Below are positions 51,363-60,875 of a stretch of 64,000 nucleotides of DNA, in pieces. Below the pieces are notes generated by a model. The model ran no database searches and was not told the origin of the DNA. It saw nothing but the letters and a program-made list of their open reading frames with translations. The stretch spans positions 23,596 through 87,595 of the forward strand of contig CAWCNG010000015.1 of NCBI GenBank assembly GCA_963796805.1, given 5' to 3'. Within the stretch, counting starts at the first letter, position 1, and every line of letters starts with the position of its first letter. The stretch comes from an uncultured Alphaproteobacteria bacterium. Its GTDB lineage: Bacteria; Pseudomonadota; Alphaproteobacteria; Rhodobacterales; Rhodobacteraceae. Both the position numbers and the translations under genes were made by a program.

Positions 51363-52037
51363 CTATTCGCGGAAGCTCGCGGCGATCCCCTCAAGCTGCG
51401 CGCGGTCGAGAATGTGAACCGAGCCGCGCGAGATGGACACCCAGTTGCGGTTGCGCCAGACCGCCAGCGTCTTTGCTATGGCCTCGCGCGTGGCGCCCAC
51501 GAAGTCGGCCAGATCCGCCTGCGAGACCGCAACCTCGCCGACTGTGCGGCCGACCTTGCCGTCGAGGTAGAGGAGCCGGCTGGCCAGCCGCACCGGGACC
51601 GGCAGGAAGGTCCGTTCCTCCAGCTTGCCGCTCAGCGCGCGCAGCCGGTCGCACAGGATGTCGATGAACTCCAGCGCCAGCTCGGGGCGGTGGCGCAGCG
51701 CCGCCAGCACGTCGGCACGCCGGATCCGACGCAGTACGCTGTCGGTCAGTGCCGTCGCGGTGGCGGTGCGGTCGCCGCCGAAGAGGGCGATCTCGCCGAA
51801 GACCTCGCCGTCGCGCTGGATGTCGAGGGCGAGCTTGCGGCCGTCGAGGGAATGCACGGCGATCTCGATCTCGCCCTTGTCGATGACATAGAGCGAGTCG
51901 CCCGGCTCGCCCTCGCGGAACAGAACTTGGCCCTCGTGCAGCGGTATGCGCACGGCTGTGTCCTCGATCAGCCGCCGGAGCTCCTGCGTCGCGGCAGACA
52001 GAATCGAGCGATCAGCTGGAAGATCGCTCCGGGGCAC
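51363..52037 (-). CDS. Crp/Fnr-family transcriptional regulator
   Basis: LFREGEPGD, GEVFGEIAL..RTATA, SQADLADFVGATRE HTH. Confidence 0.92.
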   Translation of the reverse strand: MPRSDLPADRSILSAATQELRRLIEDTAVRIPLHEGQVLFREGEPGDSLYVIDKGEIEIAVHSLDGRKLALDIQRDGEVFGEIALFGGDRTATATALTDSVLRRIRRADVLAALRHRPELALEFIDILCDRLRALSGKLEERTFLPVPVRLASRLLYLDGKVGRTVGEVAVSQADLADFVGATREAIAKTLAVWRNRNWVSISRGSVHILDRAQLEGIAASFRE

Positions 52038-52118
52038 CTGACCAGTTCACCCTTCTGACGGGTTTGCGCGACTATAGCGTGCGGCGCGGCCAAGAGCACG
52101 CGCTGATCTGGCCGGGAT

Positions 52119-53102
52119 CTAGCTGGCGGGCTGGCGGCCGTAGAGCAGCAGCATCACCACGATCACCGCGCCATAGATGAGCTGGCGGCCGGCCTCCTCG
52201 ATCTGCATGACCGAGAGGATCGACTGCAGGAGCGTGATGAGGATGACGCCGGCGACGGTGCCGAGGTAGGAGCCGCGGCCACCGAGGACGTGGGTGCCGC
52301 CGAGGACGACCGCGGCGATGGAGGGCAGGAGGTAGGCGTCGCCCATGGACTGGGCGGCCTTCGAGGCATAGCCGGCGAGGAGGACGCCGCCGAAGGCGCT
52401 GAGGCCGCCGGCGATGGCGAAGGCGGTGAGCACGACCCGGCGGGTGTTGACGCCGGAGAGATAGACTGCGCGCTCGCGGTTGCCGATGCCGTAGACGGCG
52501 CGGCCGAAGGTGGTGCGGGTGAGGACGAAGACGGCGGCGACGCCGATCAGGATCCAGACCAGGACGGAGTTGGGCACGCCCGGGATCAGGAAGCCGGTGG
52601 CGAGCCAACGCATGACCGGAGAGGCGGAGTCCTGCGGGGAAAAGCCGCCGGTGTAGACGACCATCAGGCCTTGGGCGACGGCGTTGGTGGCGAGTGTCAC
52701 GATCATCGAGGGGATGCGCAGGTAGGCGACCCCGAAGCCGTTCACGAGGCCGATGGCGACGCCGCAGAGGATGCCGAAGGGGACGGAGAGGATCTCGCCC
52801 ATAAGGCCATAGGCGGCCGCGGCGCTGGCCATCATGGCGCCGGTGGAGACCACCCAGGGCACCGAGAGGTCGATGTGGCCGAGCAGGATCACCAGCATCA
52901 TGCCGGTGGCGATGACGCCGAGGAAGGAGGCGACCTTGAGCTGCTGCATCAGGTAGTCGAAGCTGAGGAAATTCCGCGAATACATGCTGCCGATGAGCAG
53001 CAGCAGCAGGATGCAGCCGAAGGAGATGAGCACCGCCGGATCGGCGCGGCGCAGCGGTCCGGGAAGTCGGCTGCGGAAGCCGCGGTGCGAGGCCTCGCTC
53101 AT
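52119..53102 (-). CDS. Sugar ABC transporter permease (CUT2)
   Basis: GHIDLSV, FGRAVYGIG, IAAVVLGGT. Confidence 0.88.
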   Translation of the reverse strand: MSEASHRGFRSRLPGPLRRADPAVLISFGCILLLLLIGSMYSRNFLSFDYLMQQLKVASFLGVIATGMMLVILLGHIDLSVPWVVSTGAMMASAAAAYGLMGEILSVPFGILCGVAIGLVNGFGVAYLRIPSMIVTLATNAVAQGLMVVYTGGFSPQDSASPVMRWLATGFLIPGVPNSVLVWILIGVAAVFVLTRTTFGRAVYGIGNRERAVYLSGVNTRRVVLTAFAIAGGLSAFGGVLLAGYASKAAQSMGDAYLLPSIAAVVLGGTHVLGGRGSYLGTVAGVILITLLQSILSVMQIEEAGRQLIYGAVIVVMLLLYGRQPAS

Positions 53103-54080
53103 TCGAACCAGTCCAGGCGATTGCGGACGCGCATCAGGCCGAAGGCGCCGATGCTGACAGCGAGCATGAGCACCACGCCCTGGAAGAGCGGCTGCCAGAG
53201 CGGATCGAAGTCGAAGACGAAGAGAAGGTCGCCGATGGTGCGGAAGGCGAGCGCGCCGAAGATGGCGCCGATGGCGCTGCCGCGTCCGCCGGAGAGGGCG
53301 ACGCCGCCGAGGACGACAGCGGCGATGGAGATAGAGGGTGTAGGCGTTGCCGGAGGCGTAGGCTGCCTCGCCGGTGTAGGAATAGAAGGTGAGAAAGAGC
53401 CCGCCGAGGGCGGCGAAGAGGCCGCCCAGGGTATAGGCGGTGAACTTGGCGAGCTTGATCGGCATTCCCGACATGTAGGCGGCGACCTCGGAGGAGCCGG
53501 CGGCATAGGCGGCGCGGCCCACTACCGAGCGGCGGTAGGGGATCCAGATCACGAGGACGGCGACGGCCAGCGCGACGAGGCTGGCCGGGACGACGCCGAA
53601 GACACGGCCGGTCAGCGCGTCGGCGAGGTCCTCGTTGACGGAACCGCCGGGGAAGGGACGCAGCATCAGCGCAAGGCCGTAGAAGATGGCGCCTGTGGCG
53701 ATGGTGGTGACGATGGGCTGGAGCCGTCCGTAGATCACGATGAGCCCGTTGAGCGCGCCGCAGGCAAGGCCGGCGCCGAGGACCGCGAGGACCCCGAGGC
53801 CGGTCTCGAGTACGGTGCCGACCACCAGCCACGAGGCGAGGCAGTTGGTCAACGTCAGCATCATGCCGACGGAGAGGTCGATGCCGGCGGTCGTCACCAC
53901 CAGCGCCTGCGCCACGGCGACGAAGGCGAGGAGCGTCGCCTTGTTGGCGGCGGTCTGCACCACGTTGGGGGTGAAGCCGGCGGGGTGGTTGGAGGTGTAG
54001 ATCACGAACATCAGGACGAAGATGCCCACGGCCATCAGCGTGCCGCGTTGCTCGGTCAGCCAGTAGCGCCAGTCTTTCAT
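53099..54080 (-). CDS. Sugar ABC transporter permease (CUT2; frameshift ~53333)
   Basis: AGIDLSVG, LQPIVTTIAT, SIAAVVLGG. Confidence 0.85.
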
Positions 54081-54090
54081 GGGCGGGCTT

Positions 54091-55611
54091 TCATGCGGCG
54101 GTCTCGGGGATGTTGAGGGCGCTTGCGATCAGCGCCCGCTCGGTGATCTCGGGGCCGGCGAGTTGGCGGATCACCGCGCCGTCGTACATGACGAGCACCC
54201 GGTCGCAGCAGCCGATCAGCTCGGCGTAGTCGGTGGAGTAGAAGAGGATCGCCGCGCCGGCGTCGGCGAGGCCGCGCAGGAGCTGGTAGATCTCCTGCTT
54301 GGTGCCGACATCGATGCCGCGGGTGGGGTCGTTGAGCAGGATTATACGCGGGCGGTTCATCAGCCACTTGGCGATGACGACTTTCTGCTGGTTGCCGCCG
54401 GAGAGCGCCCCCACCGGGATGTCGGGGCCGGCGGTTCGAATGCCTAGGAGCTTGACCATCTCGTCGATGAGCTTCGCCTCGGTGGCGCGGTTGACGATGC
54501 CATGCGGGGCGATGCGATCGAACGCGGCGAAGGAGAGGTTCTCGCCCACGGTCATCGGCAGCATCAGCCCCTCGGTCTTGCGGTCCTCGGGGATGAGCGC
54601 CATGCCGATGCTCGGCGCGCGCGCCTGGGTCGGGCTGGAGATCTTCACCTCGCGGCCCGCCACCTCGATCCGGCCGTCGAGGTCGCGGAGGACGCCGAAA
54701 AGCGCCAGCAGCAGTTCGCGCTGGCCCTGGCCATCGAGGCCGCCGAGGCCGACCACCTCGCCGCGGCCGACCTCGAAGGAGATGTCGCGGAGCCGATCGG
54801 TCCAGGTCAGGCCCCGGCAGGTCAGGACGGGTTCCGGCAGGTCGGCGCGCGCCGTACGCGGCGGGAAGACGTGGCTGTATTCGCGGCCGATCATCATCTC
54901 GACCACTTCCTGGTCGGACCGGGTGCCGGCAGCGTAGGTCGCGACGTTGCGGCCGTTGCGGAAGACGGTGCACTCGTCCGCCAGCGCCTCGATCTCGTGC
55001 ATCCGGTGGGAGATATAGACGAGCGCCAGGCCCTCGGAGCGGAGGCGCTTGAGCACGTCAAAGACCTTCTCCACGTCGGCCGCGGTCAGCGCCGAGGTGG
55101 CCTCGTCGAGGATGAGGATACGCGGCTTCTGGGCGAGGGCCTTGGCGATCTCGACCATCTGGCGGCGGGAGAGCGGCAGATCCTTGACCAGCGCCAGGGG
55201 ATGGATATCGGCAGCGCCGGCCCGGGCCAGCGCCTCCTCGGCCAGGCGGCGCTGGGCGCGGCGGTCGATCATGCCGAGCCGGGTCGGCGGCTTGCGGATG
55301 ACGATGTTGTCGGCAACCGAGAGGTCGGGGATCGAGCGAGAGTTCCTGGAAGACGCAGACGATGCCGGCGTCGCTGGCGGCGGCCGGGGTCGGGAAGGCG
55401 ACAGTCGTGGCCGTCGATGGTCATGCTGTCCGCCGTCGGGCTGGACCACCCCGGACATGATCTTGATCAGGGTGGACTTGCCGGCACCGTTCTCGCCCAG
55501 GACCGCGTGGATACGGCCGGCCTGGATGACGAGCTCGGCCTCGGCGAGCGCCACGACGCCGCCGTAGCGCTTGGATACGCCTTCCATGCGGAAGAGCGGC
55601 TCGGTCGTCAC
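54091..55611 (-). CDS. Sugar ABC transporter ATP-binding protein (compensating frameshifts ~55330-55430)
   Basis: GENGAGKST, ILDEATS, LSGGNQQK, NDPTRGID. Confidence 0.9.
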   Translation of the reverse strand: MTTEPLFRMEGVSKRYGGVVALAEAELVIQAGRIHAVLGENGAGKSTLIKIMSGVVQPDGGQHDHRRPRLSPSRPRPPPATPASSASSRNSRSIPDLSVADNIVIRKPPTRLGMIDRRAQRRLAEEALARAGAADIHPLALVKDLPLSRRQMVEIAKALAQKPRILILDEATSALTAADVEKVFDVLKRLRSEGLALVYISHRMHEIEALADECTVFRNGRNVATYAAGTRSDQEVVEMMIGREYSHVFPPRTARADLPEPVLTCRGLTWTDRLRDISFEVGRGEVVGLGGLDGQGQRELLLALFGVLRDLDGRIEVAGREVKISSPTQARAPSIGMALIPEDRKTEGLMLPMTVGENLSFAAFDRIAPHGIVNRATEAKLIDEMVKLLGIRTAGPDIPVGALSGGNQQKVVIAKWLMNRPRIILLNDPTRGIDVGTKQEIYQLLRGLADAGAAILFYSTDYAELIGCCDRVLVMYDGAVIRQLAGPEITERALIASALNIPETAA

Positions 55612-55663
55612 AGGGTCAATCCGGATCGCGGGGAAGGGGCCGCCCGGCGGCGGCCCCAAGCGC

Positions 55664-56803
55664 CTACATATCGCCCTGGGTCTGCCCCATGATTTCCTGC
55701 GCGGTGAAGTTGATGCCGCAGGTGGGGAAGGAGTTGCCGACGAAGAAGTTGTCGGACTGGTCGGGGTAGTAGTCCTGGTTCTCGACGAAGTTCGGATCCT
55801 CTACGATCGCGGTCGGGAGGCGCACAGACTGCGGCACCACCTGGCCGTCGAGGGCGGCGAGCGCCACCTTGATCGCCACGGCGACCTGCGCCGGGCCGGT
55901 GCCGGCGGAGGAGCATTTCAGGCCGTCCGCGGCGTACTCAGCACAGAACTTGCGGAAACCGTTCTCGGTCTCGCCGCCGAACGGCACCCAGGGGTGCTTG
56001 GCGTCCATCATCGCCTGCACGATGCCGGTATCGCCGCCCTGGCCGGTGATGCCGTCGAACGGGCCGTTAGTGGCGATGGCGTCGGCGGTAGCCTTCTGCG
56101 CCGTGGGGTCGTCCCACTTGCCCATCACCTCGGTGACCTCCCAGTTCTTGCCGGAGGCGTCGAAGACCTCGTGGATGCCGTTGTGGCGGTCGGTGTCCAC
56201 CGAGGTTCCCGCCACGCCGCGCACCTCGAGGATCTTGCCGCCGTCGGGCAGGTGGTTGGCCAGCCAGTTACCCCAGAGTTCGCCCAGGCCCTTCTGGTCG
56301 ACGTTGACATTTATCGCGTCGGTGGTGTCGAGGATGTTGTCGAAGGCGACGAGGACCACGCCCGCCTCCTTGGCGCGCTTGATCACCGGGCCGAAGGCGG
56401 TGGGGTTCTGCGCGTTGACCACGATGGCGTCGAAGCCCGAGTCGATGAAGTTGTTGATGGCCGAGATCTGCGCCGGCACGTCCTCGCCGGTTGAGACGAC
56501 CTTGAACTCGGCGAGCTTCTCGGCGACCTCGGGCTGTGCGGCATAGGCCTTGGCGGTCTGGATCATCTGGATGCGCCAGGTGTTGGCGATGTAGCCGTTG
56601 GCCAGCGCGACGCGGTAGGGGCCTTCCTTCTTCGGATACTGGAAGAACTGGGTGTCGGCGGCCCAGGGTACCATGCATTCCGGGTCGGAAGCCGGACCGG
56701 ATGCAATTTCAGGATCGGCCAGCACCGCGCCTGCCGAAGCGGTCAGGATCGCGGCGGATATAAATGCGCCGAAGAGGCGCTCACGCGAGCGAGCTGTATT
56801 CAT
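55664..56803 (-). CDS. Sugar ABC transporter substrate-binding protein
   Basis: Signal peptide; NGYIANTWRIQM, QISAINNFID, VAFDN. Confidence 0.88.
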   Translation of the reverse strand: MNTARSRERLFGAFISAAILTASAGAVLADPEIASGPASDPECMVPWAADTQFFQYPKKEGPYRVALANGYIANTWRIQMIQTAKAYAAQPEVAEKLAEFKVVSTGEDVPAQISAINNFIDSGFDAIVVNAQNPTAFGPVIKRAKEAGVVLVAFDNILDTTDAINVNVDQKGLGELWGNWLANHLPDGGKILEVRGVAGTSVDTDRHNGIHEVFDASGKNWEVTEVMGKWDDPTAQKATADAIATNGPFDGITGQGGDTGIVQAMMDAKHPWVPFGGETENGFRKFCAEYAADGLKCSSAGTGPAQVAVAIKVALAALDGQVVPQSVRLPTAIVEDPNFVENQDYYPDQSDNFFVGNSFPTCGINFTAQEIMGQTQGDM

Positions 56804-56864
56804 GTCGTGTCTCCTCCCAATCGCGGCGTCGGCCGCGTTCCGCCCTGATGGGTTGCCGAGCACC

Positions 56865-56876
56865 GGCAACGTTTCC
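56865..56876. promoter_or_regulatory. Possible LacI-family operator GGCAACGTTTCC
   Basis: Near-palindrome centred on CG upstream of the ABC operon. Confidence 0.4.
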
Positions 56877-56971
56877 GCCTTTTAGGCTTCGCTTGTTTCC
56901 CTCCCCGGGCGGTCTAATGGTTAGGCTTGGCGGGAAAACCTGTCAATGAGCCGGACCGAAGGGGGTTAACC

Positions 56972-57847
56972 ATGCTGGCTGCGGAACTCGCGCGGCGCTT
57001 CGAGGTCGGATCGCATGCGCTGGCGTTTCTCGGGGCGGGCGGGGCCAGGGACGGGGTGCGGGAAGTGGTCTTCGCCACGGCCAAGGGCGAGGAGGTGGGG
57101 GGGTATCTCCTCGAGCCGGAGGGCGGCGGGCCGGCGCCCGCGGTGCTCTACATCCACGCGCATGGCAACCGCTACGACATCGGGGCGCGGGAGGTGCTCG
57201 ACGGGCGGGAGGCGCTGCACGGGCCGATCGGGCCGGAGCTGGCGCGGGCAGGGTTCCGGGTGCTGGCGATCGACATGCCTTGCTTCGGTGGCCGGGCGGG
57301 GACGCAGGAGAGCGCGGCGGCGAAGGCGGCGCTGTGGTACGGGCGGTCGCTGGCCGGGCAGATGCTGGGGGAGCTTTCGTCTGCGCTCGACTGGCTGGCG
57401 GCGGATGCCGGAACCGATCCGGAGCGGATCGGGGTCTACGGGCTTTCGATGGGGGCGACGCTCGGCTACTGGCTGGGGGCGGTGGATCCGCGGGTGGCGG
57501 CGGTGGCGCATCTCTGCTGTTTTGCCGACTTCGCGCCGCTGGTGGAGAGTGGGGCGCATGATCTGCACGGGCCGTACCTGACGGTGCCCGGGCTGCTGGA
57601 CCTGGCCTCGAACGGCGAGATCGCGGGGCTGATCGCGCCGCGGCCGCAGTTCGTGGGGCTGGGGGAGGCGGACTCGCTGACCCCGCCGGCGGCGGTGGGG
57701 CCGGCGCTGGCGCGGCTTCGGGCGGCATATGACGCCGTGGGGGCGGGGGAGGCGCTGCGGGTGCACCTGGAGCCGGGGGTGGGGCACCAGGAAACGGAGG
57801 GGATGCGGCGGGCGGTGATGGATTTCCTGCGCGAGAGCCTGCGGTAG
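56972..57847 (+). CDS. Dienelactone hydrolase-like alpha/beta hydrolase
   Basis: LYIHAHG, GLSMGA nucleophile elbow, IAPRP, GH. Confidence 0.8.
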   Translation: MLAAELARRFEVGSHALAFLGAGGARDGVREVVFATAKGEEVGGYLLEPEGGGPAPAVLYIHAHGNRYDIGAREVLDGREALHGPIGPELARAGFRVLAIDMPCFGGRAGTQESAAAKAALWYGRSLAGQMLGELSSALDWLAADAGTDPERIGVYGLSMGATLGYWLGAVDPRVAAVAHLCCFADFAPLVESGAHDLHGPYLTVPGLLDLASNGEIAGLIAPRPQFVGLGEADSLTPPAAVGPALARLRAAYDAVGAGEALRVHLEPGVGHQETEGMRRAVMDFLRESLR

Positions 57848-57848
57848 A

Positions 57849-58349
57849 ATGGCCGGGGTCGAGGTGAACGACCGGATGCAGCAAGGCTACCGCTACGAGC
57901 TGGTGGCGGCGGAGGGGCGGGAGTTCGACGCTGGCTTCCGGCCCGAGCTTTCGCCGGCGGAGCTGCTGCGGCTCGGGGTGTTCGGCGGCAGGTACATGAC
58001 CGACTGCCGGGGGGAGTTTCCGGCGGCCTGGTTCGAGGCGGCGAAACTGTCGCCCGAGGGGAAAGACCCCAAGATCAACTACTTCGGCGTCGACGCGAGC
58101 CAGCCGCTGTCGGTGTGGCGGGCGAAGGGGTGGATCCATCCGGACGACCCGCGGGGGTGGTTCCAGTGGTACTGCCGCTACTGGCGGGGGCGGCGGATGG
58201 AGGACGACGGGCGGCAGATCGGGCGATGGAAGGCGATGCGCCGGCACGTGGTCCAGGTGGAGCGGAACTGCGAGCGCGGGGACATCTGGTGCCGGCGGCG
58301 GCAGCGGCAGGCGCTGTTGCACTGGGCTTACGACAGCCGGGTGATGTGA
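57849..58349 (+). CDS. Conserved hypothetical Trp/Arg-rich protein
   Basis: GVFGGRY, INYFGV, DPRGWFQWYCRY..GRR..DD.RQI.RW, RQALLHWAYD. Confidence 0.8.
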   Translation: MAGVEVNDRMQQGYRYELVAAEGREFDAGFRPELSPAELLRLGVFGGRYMTDCRGEFPAAWFEAAKLSPEGKDPKINYFGVDASQPLSVWRAKGWIHPDDPRGWFQWYCRYWRGRRMEDDGRQIGRWKAMRRHVVQVERNCERGDIWCRRRQRQALLHWAYDSRVM

Positions 58350-58368
58350 CGGGATTTGCGGGACCGGG

Positions 58369-58454
58369 CAAGGGTTAACGGCGATTTGCTTGGCGTACAT
58401 CGCAGGTACATCGCACGTACATCGCACGTAGCAAGGAAAAGAGTCGGGATTGAA
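58369..58454 (+). repeat. 11-bp-period micro-array element, copy E
   Basis: CAAGGGTTAACGGCGATTT, GCGTACATCGC AGGTACATCGC ACGTACATCGC ACGTAG, CAAGGAAAAGAGTCGGGATTGAA. Confidence 0.85.
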
Positions 58455-58559
58455 GTGTTAAGAGGGCAGCCAGGGTAACCTGGACGCGCGCTCGCAAAGG
58501 CCGGCGGTGCGTCCTCCGTGCAGGCTCCTGCCGATCTTGCTTGCGAAGTCGGCTTTGCG

Positions 58560-58790
58560 CCAGGAGCGGTCGTCCGACGAAGCGGGCCTCGGCCCGCGAG
58601 TCCGCGGCCCGACAAGCCGAAGCACTGCTTCGGCCGGGCCGTTCGGCGGAGCGCGCGAGCGCGGAGGCGAAGGGGTTCTCCGCTCGCCCGGCGCTGGCAA
58701 TTCGCGCGCGCGTGCCCGGGCTGGCGCTCTTCGCGCCTGCCCCCGGGCGGGCAGGCGCGTGCGAATTTGTCGACGGCCAAATCCGCGGGG
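58560..58790 (+). repeat. Hairpin-rich ~315-bp repeat unit 1 (diverged, truncated near IS256)
   Basis: Shares GAAGCGGGCCTCGGCCCGCGAGTCC, GCCGAAGC-NNN-GCTTCGGC, ATTTGTCGACGGCCAAATCC with units 2 and 3. Confidence 0.85.
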
Positions 58791-58813
58791 TGCGGGCGGC
58801 GAGGTTGCGCGCC

Positions 58814-60233
58814 GGTCGTGTCCCGGGTGGTGGTGTAGCTCGACGGTAGCGTCGCCGGCTGCCTGCGCGGATTGACGCGCTGGCAGGCAGGCGGCGACGC
58901 GGTGGTCATCGCGCGGTCGTCGGTGTTGGTCGGGTTTGCAAACGCCAACCTGATCGGAGACCTCACGATGACCGACGAGATGATGAACCTGCGCGAGCTG
59001 GTGGAGAAGACCCCGGACGCCGATGTCTTGCGCGAGATGATCGGCTTTGCGGCCGAGCGACTGATGGAGCTGGAGGTGGGCGGCCTGACCGGGGCGGCCT
59101 GGGGCGAGAAGAGCCCAGAACGGCTGGTCCAGCGCAACGGCTACCGGGAGCGGATGTGGGAGACCCGAGCCGGGAGCGTGGAGCTGCGCATCCCGAAGCT
59201 GCGGAGGGGCTCGTACTTCCCCGGCTTCCTGGAGCCGCGGCGGATGGCGGAGAAGGCACTGACGGCGGTGATCCATGAGGCCTACATCCACGGCGTATCG
59301 ACGCGGTCGGTCGACGACCTGGTGAAGGCGCTCGGGATGAGTGGCATCTCGAAAAGCCAGGTGAGCCGGCTCTGTACCGAGATCGACGAGCGGGTGACGG
59401 AGTTCCTCGAACGGCCGCTGGAAGGCGACTGGCCGTACCTGTGGATCGACGCGACCTACCTGAAGGTGCGCCAGAACGGCCGCATCGTCTCGGTGGCGGT
59501 GATCGTCGCGGTCGGCGTCAACAGCGACGGCCGGCGCGAGGTGCTGGGCATGGACATCGGCCCCTCGGAAGCCGAGCCCTTCTGGACCGCCTTCCTGCGC
59601 AAGCTCGCCCGCCGTGGCCTGCGCGGGGTCAAGCTCGTGATCTCCGATGCCCACGAGGGCATCAGGGCCGCGACCGCCAAAATCCTCTGCGCCAGCTGGC
59701 AGCGCTTCCGCGTCCACTTCATGCGCAACGCGCTCGCCCATGCCGGCAAGAGCGGCCGCCGCGTCGTCTCTGCCTTCGTCGCTACCGCCTTCGCGCAGAA
59801 CGATGCCGACAGCGCGAAACAGCAATGGCGCCGCGTCGCCGACCAGCTCCGCCCCAAGGTGCCGAAGCTCGCCGCGCTGATGGACGAAGCCGAGCCGGAC
59901 GTTCTCGCCTACATGACCTTTCCCCAGCAGCACCGGGCAAAGCTGCACTCCACAAACCCGCTCGAGCGGCTCAACGGCGAGATCAAGCGCCGCACCGAGG
60001 TCGTCGGCATCTTCCCCAACGAGGCCGCCATCACCCGCCTCGTCGGCGCCATCCTCCTCGAGCAGAACGACGAGTGGGCCGTCCAGCGCTCCCGCTACAT
60101 GACCCTTGAGACCATCGCCCCGATCGCCGATGATCCCGCCATCGGCCTGCCAGCCATGGCGGACTGATCGGCCCGGACTTCGCCGGTGCTCGTGGTGGCA
60201 TTCGTCAGCTACACCACGTCATGGGACACAACC
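58814..60233 (+). mobile_element. IS256-family insertion sequence (~1.42 kb)
   Basis: IRL GGTCGTGTCCC..GTGGTGTAGCT; IRR reverse complement GGTTGTGTCCC..GTGGTGTAGCT; imperfect flanks TTGCGCGCC/GGGCGCGCC. Confidence 0.92.
58968..60167 (+). CDS. IS256 transposase
   Basis: [46 protein letters not shown]. Confidence 0.96.
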   Translation: MTDEMMNLRELVEKTPDADVLREMIGFAAERLMELEVGGLTGAAWGEKSPERLVQRNGYRERMWETRAGSVELRIPKLRRGSYFPGFLEPRRMAEKALTAVIHEAYIHGVSTRSVDDLVKALGMSGISKSQVSRLCTEIDERVTEFLERPLEGDWPYLWIDATYLKVRQNGRIVSVAVIVAVGVNSDGRREVLGMDIGPSEAEPFWTAFLRKLARRGLRGVKLVISDAHEGIRAATAKILCASWQRFRVHFMRNALAHAGKSGRRVVSAFVATAFAQNDADSAKQQWRRVADQLRPKVPKLAALMDEAEPDVLAYMTFPQQHRAKLHSTNPLERLNGEIKRRTEVVGIFPNEAAITRLVGAILLEQNDEWAVQRSRYMTLETIAPIADDPAIGLPAMAD

Positions 60234-60266
60234 GGGCGCGCCGATCGGATCGGCGGCTGCATTGGG

Positions 60267-60556
60267 CCGGGAGCCGTCTTTCGACCGAAGCGGGCCTCGG
60301 CCCGCGAGTCCCGGCCCGACGAGCCGAAGCACCGCTTCGGCCGGGCCGTTCGCCGGAGAGCGCGAGCGCGGAGGCGAAGAGGGGTGCGGCCAGGACCGGA
60401 CGGCTGCAATCCGGGCGTGCTCGCCCCGGCGGGCGCATCGCGCCCGCCCTTGGGGGGCGGGCGCGGCCGGATTTGTCAACGGCCAAATCCGGCGGGACGA
60501 ACCGTCTGCGCGAAGCACGAGAGGGCGGGCGAGGCGGACCGACGCGCGCACGGGGT
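60267..60556 (+). repeat. Hairpin-rich ~315-bp repeat unit 2
   Basis: Direct repeat of 60582-60875 at a 315-bp offset. Confidence 0.92.
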
Positions 60557-60581
60557 GCCGGTTTTCAGAGACCGCTTCGGA

Positions 60582-60875
60582 CCGGGAGCCGCCTTTCGAT
60601 CGAAACGGGCCTTGACCCGCGGGTCAAGGCTCGACACGCCGAAGCATGGCTTCGGCCGGGCCGTTCGCCGGAGCGCGCGAGCGCGGAGGCGAAGGGGGGT
60701 GCGGCCTGGACCGGAGGGCTGCAATCCGGGCGTGGCCGCCCCGGTGGGCGCGATATCGCGCCCGCCCTTGGGGGGGCGGGCGCGGCCGGATTTGTCGACG
60801 GCCAAATCCGGCGGGACGAACCGTTTGCGCGAAGCACTAGAGGGCGGGCAAGGCGGACCGATGCGCGTACGGGGT
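60582..60875 (+). repeat. Hairpin-rich ~315-bp repeat unit 3
   Basis: Direct repeat of 60267-60556; ends at the stop codon of the convergent ABC ATPase. Confidence 0.92.

Noticed and set aside
52119-54080. Fused double permease of 653 aa
   Set aside because: Artefact of the frameshift at ~53333; two normal permeases overlap by ATGA at 53099-53102
58805-60242. Perfect IS256 target-site duplication
   Set aside because: Flanks TTGCGCGCC and GGGCGCGCC match at only 7 of 9 positions, so recorded as imperfect
58560-60875. CRISPR array or protein-coding repeat (ORFs 60186-61136, 60221-61894)
   Set aside because: Units are ~300 bp with only short linkers; the ORFs are Arg/Gly/Ala-rich shadows without motifs
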